A stretch of 64,000 nt of DNA, from assembly GCA_905178155.1 (NCBI GenBank), contig CAJINV010000003.1, positions 9,865,979 to 9,929,978 of the forward strand, given 5' to 3'. A program made the position numbers and the translations under genes. Under the pieces are notes generated by a model. It was not told the origin of the DNA. It did no database searches and worked only from the letters and a program-made list of their open reading frames with translations. This DNA is from Amoebophrya sp. A120 (Eukaryota > Protista > Dinoflagellata). Shown piece by piece: positions 44,997-55,507 of the stretch (positions are counted from its first letter, which is position 1; each line of letters starts with the position of its first letter).

Positions 44997-47405
44997 CTAG
45001 AAGGAGTCCAACGCGTCCTCGAAGAACCCAAACCCGTTGGAACCAGAAGAAGACTCGCTGCACCGTCCCAGGCTTTTGCCCGAAGATCTGCTCGATCCGG
45101 AGGAGGAAGCAGGACCGGAAAGCACTGCATTGTAGCCAGTGCAAAAACTACTCTTCGCCGCCTGCATGTCCAGCATCTGACTGATGCGCCGCACCTCCCC
45201 CGCATCCTGGATCACCTTCCCGCCGCAGTAGATCGGTCCCGCACTGTTGCTGTTCCCGGATCGACAAACCGCCGGCCCGAAGTAGTGAAATCCCGGCTGC
45301 TGGTTTTGCATAGTCGGTCGTCCGGTTTGCATGGAAGGGTGGATAAGACTGCTGGTGGGGGGCATCACTGGTTGCTGCTGCACAACCTGTCGCGCCAGCG
45401 AAGGAGGAACACTCGGCCCCGCAGTTTGCATCACCCCGCCCGCAGCGAGACTGTTGTAGCCCGGTACCGCGGTGTTGCCCCGCGGACCAATCGCAGCCGG
45501 CACGATGCCGCCAAACTGCGAGTTTCCCTGCGCGCCCGTCGGTCCCGTCGGCATCTGCAGCTGCGCGTAGCCCGCCGGCTGCATCGGAAATCCGTACTGC
45601 TGGTTCCCGCAAGACAGGTCACTGCACTGCGGCATCAACTGCTGCTGCAGCTGCTGCTGCGCTCCCCCGGTAGGGACGCCGGAATGGGCTGGGTCGATCT
45701 GGTTCGCGCTTCCGGACGGAATTGTCGGCCCCGAAAGGTTGTAGCCCGTCTTGCCAGTTCCCTTCCCGCCTCCGCCCGTTGCCCGGCCTGCCTTCTGCTC
45801 GCACCGCAGGCAGGACTTGCGCGACTTGAAGTTGACGAACCCGCACACGGAGCAATCCCAGTCGCCCGGCTTGCGGCCGAACTTCCCGACCGTGGCATTA
45901 CTGCCCGCGCCTGCCGCTGAGACCTCCAGCATCTTCTTTCGCAAAAATGCCTTGTCCTGCACGATGGACATCTTTCTCTCTGCGATGACCTTCTGTGCCT
46001 CCGCAGAGGTCCCGAACTCGTAAGCCGGGCCGAAGAAGCACTTCTCCGGGTTGGAGTGCTCCTTCCCGCACCACCCGCACAGCGGGATCATCGCGCTGGG
46101 GTCCCGGTTCACGCCGGTGTTGCGCAAGTCGTCGCCCGCGCCCGTACCAGTGAAAGCGTACACAGGGTCCCTGTTGCTCTCCCCCGACGCCAGGAACCGC
46201 GTGAACTTGTCCGCAGCGTCGTCCTGCTCTCCGACCGTCTTCGGCTCCTCCAACCGTTTCCGCGCGTAGTCGTCCAGCGCGTCCAGGTAGTCGCCGAAGG
46301 TCGTAGCGTCGCTGGTGTGGTGGCTAAGCCAGTCGCAAGCCTTCTGCCCCGACCACGTTGCCATCATTCTGAAAAAACGACGGGTCTCCCCCGCGCTGTT
46401 CTTGCTGTCCTGCAGCGACCAGTGGATGGTCGTCCGCTTGCTGGCGCTGTTCACCAGGTTCCGGATCCGCTCCGTGACGTAGTACACCGCCGCATGGTTC
46501 TCGACCCAGCGACCGCCAACCCGCTCCAGCAAGCTAGCGCAAAGGTAGTCGAGGTCCTGCGCCCCGCGCGCCAGGTTGATGCTAAACTTTTTGTTGATGC
46601 GCTGCAGCAAGAGGTCGACGCAGGCCTGGGCCTCCACGCCCGTTGTCGCGGCGTGGTCCTCGTCGATCCCGCTCCACATCTCCAACCCGAGCCCGCAAAG
46701 CAGCCCGGAAAGCGCTTGCCAGAAGGTCCGCCGGCTAGTCACCCCGGCGCGGTTCATGATCCACTCGATGCTGCGCCACTCCGTGGCCACTGTGCTCCGC
46801 TTGCTCAAGCTGAACTGCACGCCCTTGCCGATGTCCTGGTGGATTTTCTCCTGCAGAGGCGACGAAGGCCCCGCCCCTGCCGCAAGTCTTGACCCTCCTG
46901 CCGCAGGCTGCTGTTGCGGAGATGCAACGGACTGGAAGCTGTGCCCGCCCGCAGAAGTAACTTCCGCACCCGCAGCGACCATCTGCGTATCGGCGGCTGT
47001 CCCATTGGTGTCCATCCCGGTGTAGGCAAAACTCGGCCCCGGCGCCGATGCTATCCCCGCGACCGTAGGCCCCGCAAAGGCTGCCCCGCCTGCCAGAAGT
47101 CGCTCCAGCTCCGCATTGCGCGCCGCCAGGTTTTGGTTAGTCTGCTCCATCGCCAGCAGGCGCTGCTCCAGGTTGGTCACCGCGCCCTCGGTGATGTTCT
47201 GCGTCCGCGCGACCTCACCCGCAACGGCCCGAAACCCCATGCCTGTGGCCTGCATGACACCGGTCGCCAAGTTCAGGCCCTCGCTCCGCAGCAGATGCTC
47301 CCCCGCGGCCCGGTCCGCATTGGAAGTTCTGCGCGGCGAGTAGCTCCGCGTCCTCAGGTGGTCCGGCGAGTCCAGCAACTCGTCGGGATAGGAGGAGTAG
47401 GACAT
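44997..47405 (-). CDS. Gag-like protein, 802 aa: coiled coil, variant CCHC knuckle, RanBP2-type zinc finger, Q/P/G-rich tail
   Basis: LEQRLLAMEQTNQNLAARNAELERLL. CGWCGKEHSNPEKC. KPGDWDCSVCGFVNFKSRKSCLRC (W-x-C-x2-C-x3-N-x6-C-x2-C). Confidence 0.85.
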   Translation of the reverse strand: MSYSSYPDELLDSPDHLRTRSYSPRRTSNADRAAGEHLLRSEGLNLATGVMQATGMGFRAVAGEVARTQNITEGAVTNLEQRLLAMEQTNQNLAARNAELERLLAGGAAFAGPTVAGIASAPGPSFAYTGMDTNGTAADTQMVAAGAEVTSAGGHSFQSVASPQQQPAAGGSRLAAGAGPSSPLQEKIHQDIGKGVQFSLSKRSTVATEWRSIEWIMNRAGVTSRRTFWQALSGLLCGLGLEMWSGIDEDHAATTGVEAQACVDLLLQRINKKFSINLARGAQDLDYLCASLLERVGGRWVENHAAVYYVTERIRNLVNSASKRTTIHWSLQDSKNSAGETRRFFRMMATWSGQKACDWLSHHTSDATTFGDYLDALDDYARKRLEEPKTVGEQDDAADKFTRFLASGESNRDPVYAFTGTGAGDDLRNTGVNRDPSAMIPLCGWCGKEHSNPEKCFFGPAYEFGTSAEAQKVIAERKMSIVQDKAFLRKKMLEVSAAGAGSNATVGKFGRKPGDWDCSVCGFVNFKSRKSCLRCEQKAGRATGGGGKGTGKTGYNLSGPTIPSGSANQIDPAHSGVPTGGAQQQLQQQLMPQCSDLSCGNQQYGFPMQPAGYAQLQMPTGPTGAQGNSQFGGIVPAAIGPRGNTAVPGYNSLAAGGVMQTAGPSVPPSLARQVVQQQPVMPPTSSLIHPSMQTGRPTMQNQQPGFHYFGPAVCRSGNSNSAGPIYCGGKVIQDAGEVRRISQMLDMQAAKSSFCTGYNAVLSGPASSSGSSRSSGKSLGRCSESSSGSNGFGFFEDALDSF

Positions 47406-47435
47406 CCTCCCCGCGGTCTGTCTAGCAGGGTAGCG

Positions 47436-47448
47436 CTGGGCTCATAAC
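47436..47448 (-). promoter_or_regulatory. Primer-binding site GTTATGAGCCCAG (half-tRNAiMet type)
   Basis: Directly after the 5' LTR. Same core as 33840-33850. Confidence 0.85.
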
Positions 47449-47800
47449 TCCAAAACCCACGAACAGGCGGGCAGAAAGAACACCAAAGCCCGGAGGTCGC
47501 GATCGAATCGCGACCGCGTTGTTGCTTCTTCTCATTCTTTTCCTTTTCTCATTTCCAAAATCCTAAACAGGTTCATGTCGAAATCCGCATTGATTCTTGC
47601 ATTGCAAGCATGGCCTCCTGGGGAGACAAACACCCCTTCACCGATGGCAAAGAGCCATCACAGCGCCCCGAACAGCGCAAATACTCTCAGAAACACTCTC
47701 AAAACCTCAGCAAACACAAGCAAAGCCCTCAACCTCCTCCAAAACCCTCGCAAGCCTCGAAGCCTCGGCGCCGTAACCCAGCGAATGCAGCGGAAGGTTG
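47449..47800 (-). repeat. 5' LTR (partial)
   Basis: Direct repeat of 43946-44297. Confidence 0.9.
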
Positions 47801-48622
47801 NNNNNNNNNNNNNNNNNNNNNNNNNNNNNNNNNNNNNNNNNNNNNNNNNNNNNNNNNNNNNNNNNNNNNNNNNNNNNNNNNNNNNNNNNNNNNNNNNNNN
47901 NNNNNNNNNNNNNNNNNNNNNNNNNNNNNNNNNNNNNNNNNNNNNNNNNNNNNNNNNNNNNNNNNNNNNNNNNNNNNNNNNNNNNNNNNNNNNNNNNNNN
48001 NNNNNNNNNNNNNNNNNNNNNNNNNNNNNNNNNNNNNNNNNNNNNNNNNNNNNNNNNNNNNNNNNNNNNNNNNNNNNNNNNNNNNNNNNNNNNNNNNNNN
48101 NNNNNNNNNNNNNNNNNNNNNNNNNNNNNNNNNNNNNNNNNNNNNNNNNNNNNNNNNNNNNNNNNNNNNNNNNNNNNNNNNNNNNNNNNNNNNNNNNNNN
48201 NNNNNNNNNNNNNNNNNNNNNNNNNNNNNNNNNNNNNNNNNNNNNNNNNNNNNNNNNNNNNNNNNNNNNNNNNNNNNNNNNNNNNNNNNNNNNNNNNNNN
48301 NNNNNNNNNNNNNNNNNNNNNNNNNNNNNNNNNNNNNNNNNNNNNNNNNNNNNNNNNNNNNNNNNNNNNNNNNNNNNNNNNNNNNNNNNNNNNNNNNNNN
48401 NNNNNNNNNNNNNNNNNNNNNNNNNNNNNNNNNNNNNNNNNNNNNNNNNNNNNNNNNNNNNNNNNNNNNNNNNNNNNNNNNNNNNNNNNNNNNNNNNNNN
48501 NNNNNNNNNNNNNNNNNNNNNNNNNNNNNNNNNNNNNNNNNNNNNNNNNNNNNNNNNNNNNNNNNNNNNNNNNNNNNNNNNNNNNNNNNNNNNNNNNNNN
48601 NNNNNNNNNNNNNNNNNNNNNN
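47801..48622. other. Assembly gap (822 N)
   Basis: Run of n. Confidence 1.
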
Positions 48623-51600
48623 GGGCTACTGCTACTGCTGTAGCAGTAGTGGTTTCGGGGCTGTTTTTTTTTCACTTTTTTCGCGAAAAAATCGCGCCCG
48701 CGCGCGATTTTTCCGCGGAAAAGGGGCCGCCGATCCGCGCAAGAAGGGCCGCCGTCGCCTCCGGGCGGGCCGCCGATTCTCGGAGTGCCCCAAGGTGGTT
48801 CCTGGGTTGCTCCAGGATGCGTCGGGGCTGGGTATTCGAGACCGGAACCCCTTAAAGGGCCCCCGGGCGGCTCGCGCAGTGCCCCAAGAGCCTTGCGGGG
48901 GAAGCGAGCGCCACTCTTTCCCCCAAGGGGCCCTCCGGCGTATTCCCGCACGGCCCCTGCGGCTCCCGGGCTGTTCGGGGGCCGATTTGTGACGCAAAAG
49001 GGCGGCCCCGGCGGCTTCAGATCCGGCGCGAAGCATGCAGCCTCGCGCGGGATCTGAAGGCGCCCGGAACGAAGCCAAAAAGCAAGCCGGCCTCCGATGG
49101 CCCTTCTGAATGAGAAACCAGCCGCAGACGCGGCACAGCCCTGCCGCCAATCCCGCGGGGCCCCTGTACCAATGAAGGCGGCACTGGTGTCGCTTTGTGC
49201 GCCCCCTGCAAGCGCGTAGCCACATTGGTACAGGGGCCCCGCGGGATTGGCGGCACCGCCCTCCTTCCGCTCCGCGGGGCCGCCAGAAGGGGAGCGCGGC
49301 CCGCCGCGTCCGCCAGCTCCGCAACGAACTCGGCTTCTTTGGGCCAATACGTTTCCGCGCGGCCTGCCGCGCCCGCCAGTTCCGCGACGCATTGGCTTAC
49401 CGTAAGCCAACACGTCGTCGCGCGGCAAGCGCTCCGCGCCGCGTCCGCCTTTCCCGCGACGTATTGGGTTGCCGTAAGCCAATACGTCGGCGCGAGGCAA
49501 GCGCGCCAAGCCGCGCCCGCCAGTTCCGCGACGTATTGGGCTACCGTAAGCCAAAACGTCGTCGCGCGGCAAGCGCTCCGCGCCGCGTCCGCCTGCCCTA
49601 CGACGTACTGGGGCACCGTACGCCAATACGTCGGCGCGAGGCAAGCGCGTCAAGCCGCGCCCGCCAGCTCCGCGACGTATTGGGTTACCGTAAGCCAATA
49701 CGTCGTCGCGCGGCGGGCGCTTCAAGCCGCGCCCGCCAGTTCCGCGACGTATTGGGCTACCGTAAGCCAATACGTTGTCGCGCGGCAAGCGCGCCAAGCC
49801 GCGCCCGCCCGCCTCGCGCCGAGTTGGGCTACCGTAGGCGCACACGTCGCCGAGCACAGCAAGGCGAGCAGCCCCCAACTGCCGCGGGGCGCATTGGCCT
49901 AGCGGAGGCCACTTCGCTGCCGCCCGGCAAGCGTGGCAAGCAGCATCCGACAGCCCCGCCACCTGCGAGCATTGCGAGGGCCGCTGCGCGCTCCGTAGCG
50001 TATTCGGCTGGCGCTGGTCAACGCGCGGACGAGTTGGCACAGCCTCGGTTTCCCGTTTGCCGTCGGTGCCGCCATGCTGCCGCCATCGCTGCCGCCACCC
50101 CGTTTGGCGGCACTTCAGCACGAGCCAACTCCGCACTTTCGCCACTGCCGCCATACCAAAAAAATAAAAAGACTAATATTTAAATATTAGTCTTTTTATC
50201 TTTTTTCGATGGCGGCAGTGGCAAAGTCGCAGCGTCAGGTCGTGGTAAGGTGCCGCCAAACGTGGTGGCGGCAGCGTTGGCGGCAGCTTGGCGGCAGTCG
50301 TTTTGGAGCGATGGCGACGGCGAAAAACTGCCTCCCGCCAGCAGCCGTGGCGAGGTTGGCGAGCAAGACCGCCAGTTGGCGGCCCGCGCGATAAGTTTCG
50401 CTCTGGCCTGCGCCCAAGGCAGGCGACGCCCCCGCGCCAAAAAGCTGGCGCCCTTGCAAAGCTGGCGCAAAAAGCACAAGAAAAAGGCGAAAAAAAGCCA
50501 AAAAAAAACCTGAACCGCTACAACCATAAAAACCCGAACCGCATCACTGGAGCAAGCAGAACTGTTTGCTTCAGTGATGCTTCGGGCTACTGCTACTGCT
50601 GTAGCAGTAGTGGTTTCGGGGCTGTTTTTTTTTCACTTTTTTCGCGAAAAAATCGCGCCCGCGCGCGATTTTTCCGCGGAAAAGGGGCCGCCGATCCGCG
50701 CAAGAAGGGCCGCCGTCGCCTCCGGGCGGGCCGCCGATTCTCGGAGTGCCCCAAGGTGGTTCCTGGGTTGCTCCAGGATGCGTCGGGGCTGGGTATTCGA
50801 GACCGGAACCCCTTAAAGGGCCCCCGGGCGGCTCGCGCAGTGCCCCAAGAGCCTTGCGGGGGAAGCGAGCGCCACTCTTTCCCCCAAGGGGCCCTCCGGC
50901 GTATTCCCGCACGGCCCCTGCGGCTCCCGGGCTGTTCGGGGGCCGATTTGTGACGCAAAAGGGCGGCCCCGGCGGCTTCAGATCCGGCGCGAAGCATGCA
51001 GCCTCGCGCGGGATCTGAAGGCGCCCGGAACGAAGCCAAAAAGCAAGCCGGCCTCCGATGGCCCTTCTGAATGAGAAACCAGCCGCAGACGCGGCACAGC
51101 CCTGCCGCCAATCCCGCGGGGCCCCTGTACCAATGAAGGCGGCGCTGGTGTCGCTTTGTGCGCCCCCTGCAAGCGCGTAGCCACATTGGTACAGGGGCCC
51201 CGCGGGATTGGCGGCACCGCCCTCCTTCCGCTCCGCGGGGCCGCCAGAAGGGGAGCGCGGCCCGCCGCGTCCGCCAGCTCCGCAACGAACTCGGCTTCTT
51301 TGGGCCAATACGTTTCCGCGCGGCCTGCCGCGCCCGCCAGTTCCGCGACGTATTGGCTTACCGTAAGCCAACACGTCGTCGCGCGGCAAGCGCTCCGCGC
51401 CGCGTCCGCCTTTCCCGCGACGTATTGGGTTGCCGTAAGCCAATACGTCGGCGCGAGGCAAGCGCGCCAAGCCGCGCCCGCCAGTTCCGCGACGTATTGG
51501 GCTACCGTAAGCCAAAACGTCGTCGCGCGGCAAGCGCTCCGCGCCGCGTCCGCCTGCCCTACGACGTACTGGGGCACCGTACGCCAATACGTCGGCGCGA

Positions 51601-53187
51601 GGCAAGCGCGTCAAGCCGCGCCCGCCAGCTCCGCGACGTATTGGGTTACCGTAAGCCAATACGTCGTCGCGCGGCGGGCGCTTCAAGCCGCGCCCGCCAG
51701 TTCCGCGACGTATTGGGCTACCGTAAGCCAATACGTTGTCGCGCGGCAAGCGCGCCAAGCCGCGCCCGCCCGCCTCGCGCCGAGTTGGGCTACCGTAGGC
51801 GCACACGTCGCCGAGCACAGCAAGGCGAGCAGCCCCCAACTGCCGCGGGGCGCATTGGCCTAGCGGAGGCCACTTCGCTGCCGCCCGGCAAGCGTGGCAA
51901 GCAGCATCCGACAGCCCCGCCACCTGCGAGCATTGCGAGGGCCGCTGCGCGCTCCGTAGCGTATTCGGCTGGCGCTGGTCAACGCGCGGACGAGTTGGCA
52001 CAGCCTCGGTTTCCCGTTTGCCGTCGGTGCCGCCATGCTGCCGCCATCGCTGCCGCCACCCCGTTTGGCGGCACTTCAGCACGAGCCAACTCCGCACTTT
52101 CGCCACTGCCGCCATACCAAAAAGATAAAAAGACTAATATTTAAATATTAGTCTTTTTATCTTTTTTCGATGGCGGCAGTGGCAAAGTCGCAGCGTCAGG
52201 TCGTGGTAAGGTGCCGCCAAACGTGGTGGCGGCAGCGTTGGCGGCAGCTTGGCGGCAGTCGTTTTGGAGCGATGGCGACGGCGAAAAACTGCCTCCCGCC
52301 AGCAGCCGTGGCGAGGTTGGCGAGCAAGACCGCCAGTTGGCGGCCCGCGCGATAAGTTTCGCTCTGGCCTGCGCCCAAGGCAGGCGACGCCCCCGCGCCA
52401 AAAAGCTGGCGCCCTTGCAAAGCTGGCGCAAAAAGCACAAGAAAAAGGCGAAAAAAAGCCAAAAAAAAACCTGAACCGCTACAACCATAAAAACCCGAAC
52501 CGCATCACTGGAGCAAGCAGAACTGTTTGCTTCAGTGATGCTTCGGGCTACTGCTACTGCTGTAGCAGTAGTGGTTTCGGGGCTGTTTTTTTTTCACTTT
52601 TTTCGCGAAAAAATCGCGCCCGCGCGCGATTTTTCCGCGGAAAAGGGGCCGCCGATCCGCGCAAGAAGGGCCGCCGTCGCCTCCGGGCGGGCCGCCGATT
52701 CTCGGAGTGCCCCAAGGTGGTTCCTGGGTTGCTCCAGGATGCGTCGGGGCTGGGTATTCGAGACCGGAACCCCTTAAAGGGCCCCCGGGCGGCTCGCGCA
52801 GTGCCCCAAGAGCCTTGCGGGGGAAGCGAGCGCCACTCTTTCCCCCAAGGGGCCCTCCGGCGTATTCCCGCACGGCCCCTGCGGCTCCCGGGCTGTTCGG
52901 GGGCCGATTTGTGACGCAAAAGGGCGGCCCCGGCGGCTTCAGATCCGGCGCGAAGCATGCAGCCTCGCGCGGGATCTGAAGGCGCCCGGAACGAAGCCAA
53001 AAAGCAAGCCGGCCTCCGATGGCCCTTCTGAATGAGAAACCAGCCGCAGACGCGGCACAGCCCTGCCGCCAATCCCGCGGGGCCCCTGTACCAATGAAGG
53101 CGGCGCTGGTGTCGCTTTGTGCGCCCCCTGCAAGCGCGTAGCCACATTGGTACAGGGGCCCCGCGGGATTGGCGGCACCGCCCTCCT
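48623..53187. repeat. Tandem array of a 1961-bp unit (at least 2.3 near-identical copies)
   Basis: GGGCTACTGCTACTGCTGTAGC at 48623, 50584 and 52545 (spacing 1961). Only a few substitutions between copies. Confidence 0.97.
49310..49850. repeat. About seven 72-bp hairpin-forming sub-repeats within each 1961-bp unit (again at about 51271-51811)
   Basis: CGACGTATTGG-gctaccgtaag-CCAATACGTCG core. 24-aa periodic translation. Confidence 0.9.
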
Positions 53188-54660
53188 CCTTCGAGCAATC
53201 GGCCGTAGTTGTTCCCTCCCTCGACCCGCTTGCTTTGCATAAGAAGTTCGCTAGTCCGGTCGAGCGTGTGGCCGGAACCCCAGAAGCGGTCCCCTTCCGC
53301 GGCCTCGTACAAATCAGCATTTCCAGTCGCGAGCAGTCGGTCGCAGTCATGGGCGTTCACGTCGGGGTCGAAACGCGCGTTGATCGCCGCGGTCATCATA
53401 CGAATTGACAGCGCGATGGACTTTTCGATCTTCGCCGATCGTGACAGTTTCTTCATCTCTACTGGATTCTTCGCACTCATGATTTTGAGGACCAAGTCGT
53501 GACGTCGAGCTACTCTGCACTGCTGCATCTGATATGCTTGCTCAATGCAAGAACAGTCGCACCCGTCCAGTTGGAACTTGCACTTGTAGAACGGACTCAG
53601 AAACCCGTGCTCCCCCTTGGTGCCGCGAAAAACGAGATGTCCGTCCGCGGCGTCGACTTGGTCGATTCGGGGTGACTGGTCAGTCGGCTGAAGATGGCCG
53701 TCCTCGTCCTGGTAGAATTCCGGACTCGAGTCAATTTCGTACTCGCGTGTGAGACGCTCGTGCTTGCCATCCACAACCTCGCACAAGGGCCCATACCCAA
53801 AGAGTTGGTCGTGAAGCCGGCTCCCTTCCTTCCAGTAGTCACGCGGCTCGCTCGTCGAACTGCCCGGATCGTCTTGATCGGCACCTGGCAAGAACGTCAC
53901 CTCGTGCCAGATCCCGCGACGATCACGTTGAAAACGGCCGGTCTTGTAGATTAGTTGTACTCCGCCTTCAGTGTTCCGGTCGTGGTGCGAGCACGCGTCA
54001 TGCCAGCCCTCGTCCTCAAAGAAGACGCGTCGAACTCCCATGATCCAGTCGTCTGGTCCGGGCCCTTTCCCGAGTTCCGTGGAAATACCGTGGCTTCCCC
54101 GGCGTGCCACCCGGAGTTCGGCTGGGTGATTCTGGAATACTAGCTTGACGAATTCAGCACTTGCGATGTTGACGACCGGCACGATAAAAGTGGCCTCCTC
54201 GACCGAACAGCTCACGGCTGCCAAGTACGTGTTCCCGTGGCACAGGTCGGGCGCGCATCCACAGACGAGCGCTTTGCCCCGAACTTGTCGTCTTGCCTGG
54301 GCGAGCAGTCCGGTGCGCGCGGCGAAATGCGTGAAGTGGTGGACAGACTCCGCAGTCGGAAATCCTCGAGCTGCGCTGTACGGGTTGCCCCACTGTCCGA
54401 CCTTGTATCGACGGATGTCCACGTACTTCGGGTCGTTCTGCCAGCCCTTGGGCGCGTCTCGTAAATTGATCAACTTCGCAGGTTCCCATGTGAGCTTCTC
54501 CTCCAGCTTCTTCGCCGTGTCGCAATAGCTGTCGACTTTGTCGTATTCGTCGAGCCACTTGTGTTTCACGAGCCGATCCCACACGTCCTTCGGAATTCCA
54601 CACATCAGAGGCTGCCCTCCCCGCACCCCGTCGCGAAGGCGTTGAAATTCCCGCGCGAGT
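53188..54660 (-). CDS. Polyprotein segment: DUF4326-like domain plus NADAR (YbiA-like) domain, truncated by the tandem array
   Basis: DUF4326: YVDIRR..QWGNPY..RGKALVCGCAPDLCHGN. NADAR: GFLSPFY..IEQAYQ..P..MKKLSR..M....ARF..LLATG...LYEA..DRFWGSG..GGNNYGRLL. Confidence 0.82.
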
Positions 54661-55507
54661 TCAGCCCGCCGGGGCCTGGCAATCTTTTCCAGTATCCGGC
54701 CCGGTTTTTTCCCGTAAAGTTTTTTTGCGCGGACCCTGGGGGCCCGAACGAAAGCAGGCCCCGAGCGCGCTCTGGCGCGGGTGTTTCCATGATGCGGCCC
54801 CGCAGGCGGGATGGTCCGGCCCCCGGGATCCCGAATAAACGGGGTCGGGCATGCCAAGACCATCCGCTGTTTTCCCGCCGTAAATTTCCCGCACATTCCG
54901 TGTCGATTCCCCGTAAGTCCCCCCGTAAATCCCCGACGAAAACCCCGATCGACCTCATATAGCACCAAAAAAATCAAAATTTTTATCCCGTAAATCCGCC
55001 GTAAATCCCTGGTAAGTTCCATGGTAAATTCCCTGGTAAATTCTCTGGCAAATTCCCCGTAAATTTTTTCACAGTGAAATCGCACACGATTTCACGTGAC
55101 AAAATTTACGTGGAATTTCCGTGGAATTTACGTGGAAATTTACGTGGAATTTACGTGGAATTTACGGGGTGCTTTACGTGGAATTTACGGGGATTTTTTT
55201 TGGGTGTTTACGTGGCAACTTACGGGGAATTTACGGGGAATCTTGGGGGGGTGGGAACTGCGGACCCGCCTTCGCGGTCCGAGAAAAGCCGGAAGTGGCC
55301 AGCGCCCGCGCGGGCCGCTGCGCAGGCCTGCCACAGTCCTGGCAGGAGGCTGAACCACGCGGCGCCACGGGAGGGCGCCTCCGCGCTAGCCTCACAAAGC
55401 CGAACAAACCACGGCACCAACGCAGCCCCGGCCGCATGCAAAAAAAAAATTTACGGGAAAAACCCGGCAGATTCCCGGCGGCTTTTTGCCAGGGCCTGGC
55501 GGGCTGA
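54661..55507. mobile_element. 847-bp foldback MITE/introner with ~70-bp TIRs and GCGAGT target duplication
   Basis: Ends TCAGCCCGCC.GG.CCTGGCAA..TTTTCCCGTAAA inverted. GCGAGT at 54655-54660 and 55508-55513. Internal 11-bp TTTACGTGGAA arrays in opposite orientations around a central hairpin (55074-55095). Confidence 0.9.

Larger units (their letters stand above)
43946..47800 (-). mobile_element. Non-autonomous gag-only LTR retroelement (TR-GAG-like); 5' LTR cut by the assembly gap
   Basis: Near-identical direct repeats 43946-44331 and 47449-47800+. PBS 47436-47448, PPT 44332-44340, one 802-aa ORF, no pol motifs. Confidence 0.88.

Noticed and set aside
47575-50154. ORFs of 281-815 aa spanning the N run
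   Set aside because: Artefacts of translating through the assembly gap.
49310-51811. 72-bp palindromic repeats as a CRISPR array, or the 514-aa repeat ORF as a gene
   Set aside because: The linkers are themselves repeats, there are no cas genes, and the context is eukaryotic. ORFs are open in several frames because of GC content and a 3n repeat period.
54661-55507. N-terminus of ORF 52554-55085 and C-terminus of ORF 55231-59952 as protein
   Set aside because: Both are read-through into the MITE. Likewise 52554-53187 is read-through into the tandem array.
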